Under the pieces are notes generated by a model. It searched no databases, was not told the origin of the DNA, and saw only the letters and a list, made by a program, of their open reading frames with translations. Made by a program: the position numbers and the translations under genes. Shown here piece after piece: positions 19,742 through 30,400 of a stretch of DNA of 64,000 bases. The DNA comes from an uncultured Candidatus Babeliaceae bacterium. GTDB taxonomy: Bacteria > Babelota > Babeliae > Babelales > Babelaceae. Within the stretch, counting starts at the first letter, position 1. Every line of letters starts with the position of its first letter. The stretch covers positions 128,001 to 192,000 of the forward strand of contig OY969927.1 in NCBI GenBank assembly GCA_963704655.1, given 5' to 3'.

Positions 19742-20155
19742 ATGATTTATGCCATTGCTTTTTTATATTCAGGAAACTCTGTTCTTTTAGTTCGCCGCTG
19801 TAATGCTGCATATGGAAACTGTTTATACTCGCTTGTTGGTGGCAAGGTCGAGCCGGGCGAGTCTGGCATTCCTGCCCTTATCCGTGAAGTTAAAGAAGAA
19901 GTTGATATAGATCTTACCGAACATGATCTTGAATTTGTGCATGTGCTGCATAGAAAAGGAACAGAATCAGAATTTATCGCACTCTGTTTTAAAGCTGATA
20001 TTACGGGCAAGCCATTTAGAAATGTCGAGCCAGAAAAGCATGACGATATACAGCTTTTCCCTTTGGATAATCTGCCTGCAAATATTCTCCCTGCGCATAA
20101 GCAGATTATAGAAGCAATTTCTAAAAAACAGCTCTATTCTGAGCACGGCTGGTAA
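19742..20155 (+). CDS. NUDIX hydrolase
   Basis: GGKVEPGESGIPALIREVKEEVDI Nudix box; EPEKHD; GGGGG RBS before ATG 19742. Confidence 0.9.
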   Translation: MIYAIAFLYSGNSVLLVRRCNAAYGNCLYSLVGGKVEPGESGIPALIREVKEEVDIDLTEHDLEFVHVLHRKGTESEFIALCFKADITGKPFRNVEPEKHDDIQLFPLDNLPANILPAHKQIIEAISKKQLYSEHGW

Positions 20156-20171
20156 ATAAAAAGGAGATTTT

Positions 20172-20618
20172 ATGAAAAAAATATTTTGTTTGATTTTTTT
20201 AATAACGCCACTTTTTGGTGGAATGAAAAAGTACAGTAGAGCATATCTTTATAGTATTAGGACTACTGTCGCAAGAGGCAAATCGCCGGATCAGGCTTTT
20301 GATTTCATATTATCTAAACTTTGGCTTCCCTCAGATGCAGATCACTATGAAAATATCCCTGAAGCTATTGTAGCATTGAAAGGTTTTAAAACTGTTGTTG
20401 AGGCGTATCGCCAAAAAAACGATAAAGCCCTTTGTTCCGATTTATCACATGGCGCAAAGCCCTTAAGCGATTCATTTGATCAAGTAAAAGAGTTAAAAGA
20501 TCCATTTGATAAGGTAGAGCGCTTAATAGATGGTATGAACTCTAAAAGGACATATCTCGAGTCTAAAAAAGAGTCTGAAAATGAATACGAAGGTTTTTTA
20601 AGTTGGCTTTTTAAGTAA
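20172..20618 (+). CDS. Secreted orphan protein
   Basis: AAGGAG RBS; signal peptide MKKIFCLIFLITPLFG. Confidence 0.75.
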   Translation: MKKIFCLIFLITPLFGGMKKYSRAYLYSIRTTVARGKSPDQAFDFILSKLWLPSDADHYENIPEAIVALKGFKTVVEAYRQKNDKALCSDLSHGAKPLSDSFDQVKELKDPFDKVERLIDGMNSKRTYLESKKESENEYEGFLSWLFK

Positions 20619-20646
20619 TTTACTCATGATCTTGGGGCTATTTTTA

Positions 20647-20679
20647 AAAAAACAGCTCTATTCTGAGCACGGCTGGTAA
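20647..20679 (+). repeat. Exact 33-bp direct repeat of the NUDIX gene 3' end (20123-20155)
   Basis: aaaaaacagctctattctgagcacggctggtaa at both positions. Confidence 0.92.
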
Positions 20680-20772
20680 TTTTTATAGCAAAAAGCTCTC
20701 TTTTCTTGTAAAGTATTCTTTCTTCAGGCAATACTTACTAAGTTACATAAAGCACGAAAGTTAAAAAAATAT

Positions 20773-21252
20773 ATGGCATTACTTAAAGAACAGCCCTTTT
20801 TTGAGCATGATCTAGAGTATATGAGGCAGGCATACGATCTTGCTTTAAAGGCATTCGAGCTGGGCGAGGTTCCCGTAGGTGCCGTTGTTGTAGATGCTAG
20901 TGGAAATATTCTTGGTCTTGGTTATAATAGAACCGAAATTGAAAAGTGCCAAAATGCCCATGCAGAGGCATTTGCCATAAAAAGTGCGTGTGAAAAGTTG
21001 CATGATTGGCGGCTTGAAGGTTGCACGCTTTATGTAACACTTCAACCTTGTATGATCTGTTACGGACTTTCTGCGCTCAGCAGGATTGAACGTATAGTAT
21101 ACGGTGCTGTTTCCCCTCTTTATGGGTTTCATATTGACACCAAAGATCTACCTGGGGTATACGTTAAGCACACTAAATTTTTTTCGTCAGGAGTGATGAA
21201 AGATGAAATTGAAGCGTTATTGAAGCAATTTTTCAAAGAGATGCGAAAATAA
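20773..21252 (+). CDS. tadA: tRNA adenosine(34) deaminase
   Basis: GEVPVGAVVV, AHAE, WRL.GCTLYVTL.PC..C. Confidence 0.88.
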   Translation: MALLKEQPFFEHDLEYMRQAYDLALKAFELGEVPVGAVVVDASGNILGLGYNRTEIEKCQNAHAEAFAIKSACEKLHDWRLEGCTLYVTLQPCMICYGLSALSRIERIVYGAVSPLYGFHIDTKDLPGVYVKHTKFFSSGVMKDEIEALLKQFFKEMRK

Positions 21253-21264
21253 GCAGGAGAGAGT

Positions 21265-21603
21265 ATGAATAATAATTATGATAAAATGAAACAAAAGCTT
21301 TTGGAACGCAAAAAAGAGCTTGAAGAGCTTTTAAAAGGTCTCTCGGAAGAAAAAGTTACCGATACCGAAGTTCAAGATCCGGGTGACCAAGCCGCTGCTG
21401 CAACTTCTGAAGATATCATTATTTCTATTCAGGCTAATGAATATGAAGAATTTCGCATGATCACTAAGGCTTTAAAGGCCATAGAAGATGGTACGTATGG
21501 TGCGTGCATGGACTGTGGGAATCCAATAGCTGAAAAAAGGCTTTTGTTATACCCTAATGCTACCAGATGCATTACCTGTCAAGAGGCTGCTGAAGAGCGG
21601 TAA
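21265..21603 (+). CDS. TraR/DksA C4-type zinc finger protein
   Basis: D.GD.A coiled-coil tip; GTYGACMDCGNPI...RL...P.A.RCITCQ. Confidence 0.88.
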   Translation: MNNNYDKMKQKLLERKKELEELLKGLSEEKVTDTEVQDPGDQAAAATSEDIIISIQANEYEEFRMITKALKAIEDGTYGACMDCGNPIAEKRLLLYPNATRCITCQEAAEER

Positions 21604-21686
21604 TCCAGCTTTTTATTGCTTAGGTGCCATAATAATAAAATGGGGGTTTGTAGAAAAAATCCATTCTGATATACTTGGAAGGTGTT

Positions 21687-21762
<76 letters not shown>

Positions 21763-21849
21763 GCCGTGTCCCCGATAGGGTGGAAGCGACGGTGAATGAG
21801 CCGATACAGCAGATGAAAAAGTATATGTTATAAGGACTAAATAAACCAT

Positions 21850-22377
21850 ATGAAAACAACAACCAAGCCATTGAGCAAAAGCTCAACACCAAAAGCGACC
21901 TCGGTAGCTCCTAAAGCTGCAGCTCAGCCTAAAGCTGTTGCAGTAAAAAAAGCACCTGCAGCGTCTGCAGCAAAAAAGAAAACTAATGCCCCAGTATCAC
22001 ACGGCGTTGGAAGACGTAAGTCTTCAGTTGCCCGTGTTTGGTTACGCACCGGCAAAGGTACATTTACGGTAAATGGAAAAGAAGTCCTTTCTTATTTTGA
22101 TACCGAAGTAAGCCGTGCAAGTGCATTAGCTCCGTGGACAATGTTGCCGCATTTAAGCAAAGAATTTGACATTGAAGTAAATGTTAACGGCGGTGGGATG
22201 AACTCTCAAGCTGATGCAGTTAAACTCGGTGTTGCGCGCGCTGTTATTGAAGTTCGTGACGATGCTCGTGAAATATTGCGTTCACAAGGATTATTGACGG
22301 TTGATTCGCGCATTAAGGAACGTAAAAAATACGGTCAAAAAGGCGCACGTCGTAAATTCCAATTTGTTAAACGTTAA
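21850..22377 (+). CDS. rpsI: 30S ribosomal protein S9 with K/A/T/S-rich N-terminal extension
   Basis: GRRKSSVARV, GGG..SQA.A, LLTVDSRIKERKKYG.KGAR..FQFVKR. Confidence 0.96.
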   Translation: MKTTTKPLSKSSTPKATSVAPKAAAQPKAVAVKKAPAASAAKKKTNAPVSHGVGRRKSSVARVWLRTGKGTFTVNGKEVLSYFDTEVSRASALAPWTMLPHLSKEFDIEVNVNGGGMNSQADAVKLGVARAVIEVRDDAREILRSQGLLTVDSRIKERKKYGQKGARRKFQFVKR

Positions 22378-22386
22378 TTTGGGCCA

Positions 22387-22433
22387 CCGCTCATCCCGAG
22401 TGTTTTGCGAAAGCAAAAATTATTGAGGGACGG
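22387..22433 (+). repeat. REP-like repeat, family A variant
   Basis: CCGCTCATCCCGAGTGTTTTGCGAAAGCAAAA..ATTGAGGGA; related to the reverse complement of 60586-60630. Confidence 0.7.
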
Positions 22434-22475
22434 ACTGGCGTCTTAATTGTAATAGAGTAGTAAAAAGGTTTTGAT

Positions 22476-24323
22476 ATGTGCAGTGTGGTTGGATACAATG
22501 GTCATCAAGTATGTAAAAAAATGATACTTGAAGGACTTGCTCGTTTAGAATATCGTGGTTACGATTCTTCTGGGTTTGCGTGTATTACTCCTGCGTTAAA
22601 GCTTGCTAGTGTGAAATCTCAAGGTGGCATAGAACAGCTTTCTTCTAAGATAGCCCTTCATCCTGAGCTTGCATTAGATGGTACTCTTGCAATTGGTCAT
22701 ACTAGATGGTCCACGCATGGTGTTTCGTCAGATAATAATGCGCATCCGCATTATGATTGTCAAAAGACTATTGCTGTTGTACATAATGGTATTATTGAAA
22801 ATTTCGCTTTTCTTAAGGAAAAGCTCCAACTTGTGGGTCATCACTTTATCTCTCAAACAGATACAGAAGTGGTGGCCCATCTTTTTGAAGATGAGCTTAA
22901 GACTAAAACATTAGAAAAAGCAGTTCTCTCTTTGGTTTCTAAAATTCAAGGTGCGTATGCTTTGCTCATTATCTCAGAAAAATATCCCGATTATTTAATT
23001 GCTGTTCGGAAAAGTTCGCCACTTTGCTTAGGCATTGGCAAAGATGAAACGTTTGTTGCTTCAGATGTTTTTGCATTTGTTGGTAAGACAGATCAAGTAG
23101 TTTTTTTACCGGATGAATCATTTGCGGTGATATCTAAAACTGGATATCACGTTTATAATTTTTTTGGTGAACGTATCTATCCACCAGTTCAAAAAAACAC
23201 TTGCACATGGACCCATGAAGGCAAAGGTGGTTATGCCCATTATATGCTTAAAGAGATCTATGAACAAAAACGTGTCATTATAGACACGGTTAATTTTTTA
23301 CGTGCAAGCAAAGCCGCTGGAATACATGAGCTCAATTTATCGTATGAGATGGTCCAAGAATTACAGAATATACATTTTATAGGCTGTGGAACTTCATGGC
23401 ATGCGGGTATGATCGCTGAGTATTTTATGCAAGAAGTTGCACAGATTCCAACACAATCATTCTTAGCATCTGAGTTTCGCTATAAAAAATTCTTTGCATA
23501 CCCACGTTCACTTACATTTATTATTTCTCAATCTGGTGAAACGGCAGACTCACTTGAAGCCTTACGCTTATTGAGTGTTTCAAAGCAACCAACAGTAGCG
23601 CTTACTAATGTTGCATCAAGTTCGATGGTGCGCGAGGCTGATGGTTTTTTACTTACCCAAGCGGGTCAAGAGATTGCAGTTGCGTCAACTAAAGCATTCA
23701 CTGCGCAAGTTGCGGCACTGTATTGGCTTGCTCATTGGATAGCACATATTAAAGGGTTAATTACGACTCAGGCTATTACTCGTGCAGAAGAAGAGTTACT
23801 TGTTGCTGCTGAAATTCTAGAAAATAGTATTGAGCGGTATAAGTTCGATATTATTTCACGTATAGCACCACAGTATGTGCAGTATAAACATTTTATTTTC
23901 CTTGGGAGACATATCAGTTTTCCCTTTGCGCTTGAAGCTGCGCTTAAGTTAAAAGAGATAGCCTACATCTTTGTTGATTGCTACCCTGCAGGTGAACTTA
24001 AGCATGGTCCGCTTGCGCTTATCGACCCTCAAACGCCTGTTGTGTTATTTTCTTGCTTAGATGAAACTATCTATAAAAAATTATGTGGTAATGCGCAAGA
24101 AGTTAAAGCACGCGCGGGACATTTAATTGTCTTTGCTTTTGAGCATCAAAAAGATCTCATTGCACTTGCTGATACGGTGTTTATTTTTCCAAAAGTTAAT
24201 CCACTGCTCGCTCCCCTTGTTATGACCGGGCTGGTTCAATTTTTTGTGTATCAGATCGCAACTATTTTAGATCGACCTATCGACCGCCCGAGAAACTTGG
24301 CAAAATCAGTTACCGTAGAATAA
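22476..24323 (+). CDS. glmS: Glutamine--fructose-6-phosphate aminotransferase
   Basis: N-terminal Cys, LEYRGYDS, GHTRW, VHNGIIEN, SQSGETAD, VASTKAFT, ELKHGP, PRNLAKSVTVE. Confidence 0.97.
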   Translation: MCSVVGYNGHQVCKKMILEGLARLEYRGYDSSGFACITPALKLASVKSQGGIEQLSSKIALHPELALDGTLAIGHTRWSTHGVSSDNNAHPHYDCQKTIAVVHNGIIENFAFLKEKLQLVGHHFISQTDTEVVAHLFEDELKTKTLEKAVLSLVSKIQGAYALLIISEKYPDYLIAVRKSSPLCLGIGKDETFVASDVFAFVGKTDQVVFLPDESFAVISKTGYHVYNFFGERIYPPVQKNTCTWTHEGKGGYAHYMLKEIYEQKRVIIDTVNFLRASKAAGIHELNLSYEMVQELQNIHFIGCGTSWHAGMIAEYFMQEVAQIPTQSFLASEFRYKKFFAYPRSLTFIISQSGETADSLEALRLLSVSKQPTVALTNVASSSMVREADGFLLTQAGQEIAVASTKAFTAQVAALYWLAHWIAHIKGLITTQAITRAEEELLVAAEILENSIERYKFDIISRIAPQYVQYKHFIFLGRHISFPFALEAALKLKEIAYIFVDCYPAGELKHGPLALIDPQTPVVLFSCLDETIYKKLCGNAQEVKARAGHLIVFAFEHQKDLIALADTVFIFPKVNPLLAPLVMTGLVQFFVYQIATILDRPIDRPRNLAKSVTVE

Positions 24324-24406
24324 TAATTTTATTAAACTCTAGACATACCTCTTTTTAAGAGTCTATTTTTATAACGTGTTTCATTTTTAAAATTAAGGAA
24401 AGCGTT

Positions 24407-27400
24407 ATGATAAAAAAAGTTATTTTTATGTTCTATGTGGTATGTGTCTTTGTTATGCATGCAGATGAACTTTCTTCATCTGAGATGCTCACTATTATTC
24501 AGAATCCAAATGAAACGTTTGTTACCTTTGGCCCAAGTTCGGGCAATGTAGCAGAAATCTTTAAGAAAATTTCTCAAGAATCCCCAGGATCTTTAATGCC
24601 CGCTTTACAAGCGCTTTGCAAAGAGATCAAAGCGGGTAAAAGCACCGCACCCCGTGAAATTGTAGAAAGTGCTGTACAAGAGGCGATTGTATGTTTACAG
24701 CAATTACAAGAGCGCTTGCTTCAAGAATTGATCCATCAATGGGCAGAAGGGCTACAATCATATCTTCAAAAATTATTAAATAACCAAGTTAATATACAAG
24801 TTTATACTAGCGATGAAGAAGTTGCAGTAAAAGGGCCGCGTCCAGGAACGCCTTTACAACAGGTGATAAATGTTGATCCGCGCTATCTTGATTCACGTGA
24901 TCTCTATCTACGTAATCTTGAAGTTACTGGGGAATTATCGATTAATGATTTAGTTATAACAGGAAGTCCTGCATGTATTACATTTGAAGATTTATCAAAT
25001 AACGTATTAGGTAAAATCTGTGTGACTGAGCATGCTATGGTTCTTGCCCCTGTTCCACCGCGCGCTATTCAAGCAACATGTGATGGTGACTTGCGTGGGG
25101 TATCTGCTATCGATTTTCAAATGAGCAGAGTTTCGCCTGACGAAGTTGCATCTGGAGATTATTCTGTAATTTCTGGCGGACAAAATAATACGGCCTCTGG
25201 CAATTATTCTGTGGTAAGTGGTGGCTTAGATAACAGTGCACTAGGGGAATTCAGTTTTGTTGGTGGCGGTCAAGAAAATACAGCTGGTAATGACTATGTC
25301 TTTATTGGCGCCGGCTTTCTTAACACAGCAACTGGAATCGCATCAGGCGTTGTGACCGGTGCAGAAAATTTTGCAGCTGGTGATTATAGCTTTATTGGTG
25401 GCGGTTTACTTAACGCAGCAACAGGAATCGCATCTGGCGTTATGGTTGGTACAGACAATTTTGCCGGTGGCGATTATAGCTTTGTTGGTGGCGGTGAAAG
25501 CAACCAAGCAGCTGGCTTAGCATCAGTAGTTGTTGGCGGTAAAGGTAATGTTGCTTCTGGCGATTATAGTTTTATTGGCGGGGGTGACCCAAATGTTGCT
25601 TCAGGCTATGCTTCAACCATTGGTGGTGGACAAAATAATACAGCTCAAGGCGATTACAGCTTAGTTGGCGGCGGTGAAAATAATAATGCACAAAATGATT
25701 ATGATGCCGTAGTAAGTGGTTCTGGAAATACTGCTTCTTTTGGTTATAGCTTTGTCGGTGGCGGACAACAAAATACTGCAGAATTATATTCTGTTGTTGG
25801 TGGAGGCGCATCTAATGCAGCTTCACAGCTACTTACTGTTGTAGTTGGCGGGGTTGGAAATACCGCATCAGAGCGTTATGCTGCTGTTGTTGGCGGTCAA
25901 CATAATACAGCTTCAGGTTACAATAGTTTTGTTGGCGACGGTTATTATAATAATGCACAAAATGATTATGATGCTGTCGTAAGTGGTTCTGGAAATATTG
26001 CAAACGGGCCATTTGCTTTTGTTGGCAGCGGCCAAGGAAATATGGCATTAGCACGAGGTGCTGCTGTCGTTGGCGGCGGTTCAGATAGTTCAAATCCGAA
26101 TAGCCCAAATATCGCATCTGGACTTGATTCATTTATTGGCGGTGGTATTGGAAATACTATTAATAGTAGCGCACTATATTCAGCAATCGTAAGTGGTTCT
26201 GGAAGTTCTGCAGAAGGTAGGTTCGCATTTATAGGCGGTGGTTATAATAATACCGCTTTAGGTGAATGTTCCGTGGTTGTTGGTGGCGGCACTGATGGAA
26301 TTAATTTCTCCGGAAATGTGGCATCCGGTGCGACATCATTTGTTGGCGGCGGCTTTAGCAACCAAGCAACATCTGGTTATTCTGCGGTTGTTGGCGGTAG
26401 TGTAAATCAGGCATCTGCTTCTGGTAGTTTTGTTGGGGGCGGACAATATAATATCGCACAAGGAACGGATTCATTTGTAGGTGGCGGTTATTACAACAAC
26501 GCCGCAGGGTTTTGTTCAGTTGTTGTTGGGGGTGGCTCAGATAATACTATTAACCGTGCGGGTAATGTTGCATTAGGAAGCGCGTCATTTATTGGTAGCG
26601 GTGTTGGCAACCAAACAGTTAGTAATTATGATGCTGTGGTAAGTGGCTCTGGAAATACTGCAAATGGGCCATTTGCATTTGTCGGGAACGGCCAAGGTAA
26701 TATGGCATTAGCACAAGGCGCTGTTGTCGTTGGTGGCGGTTCAGATATTTTAAATCCGAATAGCCCAAATATCGCATCTGGATTAGATTCATTTATTGGC
26801 GCAGGTATTGGTAATAATATTGATAGTGGCTCACCATATTCAAGCATAGTTAGTGGCTCTGGAAATATCGAAGAAGGTTCGGCCTTCAGTTTCATTGGCG
26901 GCGGTGTGAGAAATACACTCAATGAAACAATGTTTTCTGTTGTTGGTGGCGGTTTAGAAAATACAGTTTATTCATCACCATTTTCTGTTGTAGGTGGTGG
27001 GCAGTTCAATACAGTAAGTATTGGATCGACATTGGCTTTTGTAGGTGGTGGGCTGTCCAATACAATAAGTGAAGCGCCATTTTCTGTTGTAGGTGGTGGG
27101 CAAGCAAATACTGCTGGTAATGACTATGTCTTTGTTGGCGGCGGTTTAGTTAACACAGCAACAGGAATTGCATCTGGCGTTATGGTTGGTACAGGAAATT
27201 TTGCCGGTGGCAATTATAGCTTTGTTGGTGGCGGCGAAAGCAACCAAGCAGCTGGCTTAGCATCAGTAGTTGTTGGTGGTAAAGGCAATGTTGCTTCTGG
27301 CGATTATAGTTTTATTGGCGGCGGTGACCCTAATGTTGCATCTGGAAAATATTCAGTAGTTACTGGTGGTCTTAATAATACAGCTCTAGGCGACAATAGT

Positions 27401-30400
27401 TTTGTTGGTGGCGGCTATTATAATAATGCACAAAATACTTATGATGCTGTCGTAAGTGGTTCTGGAAATAGTGCAAGTGGGCCATTTGCTTTTGTTGGTG
27501 GCGGATTTGAAAACCAGGGATATGGTGCTGGCTCAGTGATTGTCGGTGGCGGTTATGATGGCACCAATTATGCTGGCAATACTATTTCTACTGATGGAAC
27601 CGCATACGCATCATTTATTGGCGGCGGTCTTAATAATAACATTGAAAGTGATTCGCAATATTCAGCTATAGTAAGTGGTTCTAGTAATACCATTTATCCA
27701 ATGTCTTCATATTCAGTTATAGTTGGCGGTCAAGGAAATGTGGTAGAGGACGCTCAGTGTTTTATTGGTGGTGGAATAAATAATAAAGCCGAAGGTCAAT
27801 TTTGTGTAGTAGTTGGTGGCCTGTCTAATGCTGCTGGCAATTCTTATGATGGCGTTGTATGTGGTTCTGGAAATAACGCATCTGGCGGCTATAGTTTTAT
27901 TGGTGCTGGCATTGGAAACTCTGTTTTTGGAGAAGATTCATTTGTTGGTGCTGGCCTTGGAAATCTGGCACAAGATACTTATGATGCAGTTGTAAGTGGT
28001 TCTGGAAATAGTGCAAGTGGGCCATTTGCTTTTGTTGGCGGGGGCTATAATAACCAGGCATATGGTGTTGGCTCAGTGATTGTCGGTGGCGGTTATGATG
28101 GCACCAATTATGCTGGCAATACTATTTCAACCGATGGATTATCACCTGCGTCATTTATTGGCGGCGGCATTGGAAATAGTATTAAAACTTACTCACCATA
28201 TTCTGGCATTGTAAGTGGCTCTGGAAATACTGCAAATGGGCCATGTTCTTTTGTAGGCGGTGGCTTTGAAAATCAGGCATTAGCACAGGGCGCTGTTGTT
28301 GTTGGTGGCGGCATTAGTGAAAATGATTCTCCTGCGGGTAATGCTTCATCGGGTGTATCATCATTTATTGGTGGCGGTCTTGCAAATACCATCAACCCGG
28401 GTGCTGCTTATTCAGGAATTGTGAGTGGTTCTGGAAACACTATTGTTGCGGGCGGCCAATTCTGCTTTATTGGTGGCGGTTATGAAAATAATGTCAATGG
28501 ACCAACGGGATATATCGGAGGTGGAAGTTCAAACACCATTGGAACCGGTGCAAATATTTCTACGATTGTTGCTGGTCAAAGCAATACTATTCAGCCATAC
28601 ACGGGTCATGCATTTATTGGTGGTGGTTTTGACAATACCATTTACCAAAGCGCTGGTGCTGAAGCTTATTCAGTTATAACTGGTGGCGCTGGAAACAACA
28701 TCCAGCCTAACGGTTATTATGGCTTCATAGGTGGCGGTCTTGCAAATACCATCAATCCAAACGCTGCTTATTCAGGAATTGTGAGTGGTTCTGGCAACAT
28801 TGCTTCTGGCGGATTCGCATTCATTGGTGGCGGTTATGAAAACCAGGCAATTGGAGAAGGTTCTGTTGTTGTTGGTGGCGGTAATGATGGCACGAATCCA
28901 GCAGTTGGAAATCGTGCATTAGGTACAGCATCATTTGTTGGTGGTGGCATTGCAAACACTGCTGGAAGTACTTACGACGCTGTAGTAAGTGGTTCGGGTA
29001 ATATTGCTTCTGGCCCATTTGCATTTGTAGGCGCTGGTTATAATAACATTGCATCAGGAGCAGGATCTGTTGTTGTTGGTGGCGGCTATTATAACAATGG
29101 TTTGAATACTTATCTTGCTGGAAATAGCACTAATGGGAATTCTACCAGCTTTATTGGTGGTGGATTGAACAATCAAATAGCGGGACCATATAGTTATGTC
29201 AATACAATAGTAAGCGGATCTACTAATTATATTGGCGAAACTTCTTCTTATAACCTTATTGGCTCAGGTGTAAATAACGTTATTAGAAATAGTAATAGTG
29301 GCTCAAATTATTCAGCAATACTCATGGGATATGCTAACCAGATACTTGATAATAATTACTCAACTATTGTAAGCGGATCGAGCAACACCTTACATGCGCC
29401 GGGCTCTGGAACATATTCTGGCAATTTTATCGGTGGTGGTACAGCTAACCAAATCACCGGAAATTACGCAGTTATTGCGGGTGGTGAAAACAACCAAATT
29501 GGTACTAGCTATGGTGTTATAGTTGGTGGCCAAAATAATGCTGCTGGTAACTACGCTGTTGTTGGTGGCGGTTATAATAACACTGCATCAGGAGCAGGAT
29601 CTGTTATTGTTGGTGGTGGATTTGATAATACAACGTATGCTCAAAATAGCACCAGCTCTAATGCTACTTTTATTGGTGGTGGCTTGAATAATATCATTAA
29701 TGGCAACAGTGCTTATTCAGCTATTGTAAGTGGTTCATCTAATGCTATTAATATTAACTCAATAGGTTCTGTTATCGGTGGTGGCACAGGTAACCAAATC
29801 ACGGCAAATTACGCTGTTATCCCAGGTGGTGCAAATAATACTGCAAAGGGCAATTACTCATTTGTTGCAGGTCAAAATGCAAGTGATTCTGCTTCAGGAA
29901 CTGCCTATAGTAATGTATTCGTTTGGGCAGATGGCACAACACCTACACTTACCGTAACAGCAAACAAGTCATTCAATGTCCTTGCTCATGGCGGAGTGCA
30001 ATTTGCAACTTCTGTCGATGGCTCAGGTAATTTAGCAAATGGTGTATATCTTCCTGGTGGATCAGGCGGTTGGATAAATACATCTGATAAGTCTGTAAAG
30101 AATAGTTTTGAAGAAGTAGATTCATTAGATGTATTAGATAAAGTAGTACATTTGCCTATTGAAAAATGGAGTTATAATACACAAAATTCTTCAATTCGTC
30201 ATATGGGCCCTTATGCACAAGACTTCCATAAAGCATTTGGCCTTGGTGAAGATCCACGCGGTATTAACACCGTTGATGCTGAAGGCGTGTTGTTTGCAGC
30301 AATTCAGGGTATGTATGAACTGCATAAAGATGATATGAGGAAAATGAAAGCCCAAATCAAGAAGTTAGAAAACAGAATTAAAGAATTAGAGGGCCAAGAA

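Noticed and set aside
22378-22475. glmS ribozyme upstream of glmS
   Set aside because: The 98-nt spacer is largely a family A repeat and shows no recognisable ribozyme core
25100-29900. Possible CRISPR array or diversity-generating retroelement repeats
   Set aside because: Repeats are in-frame coding units with mostly synonymous differences; no spacers, cas genes or reverse transcriptase seen
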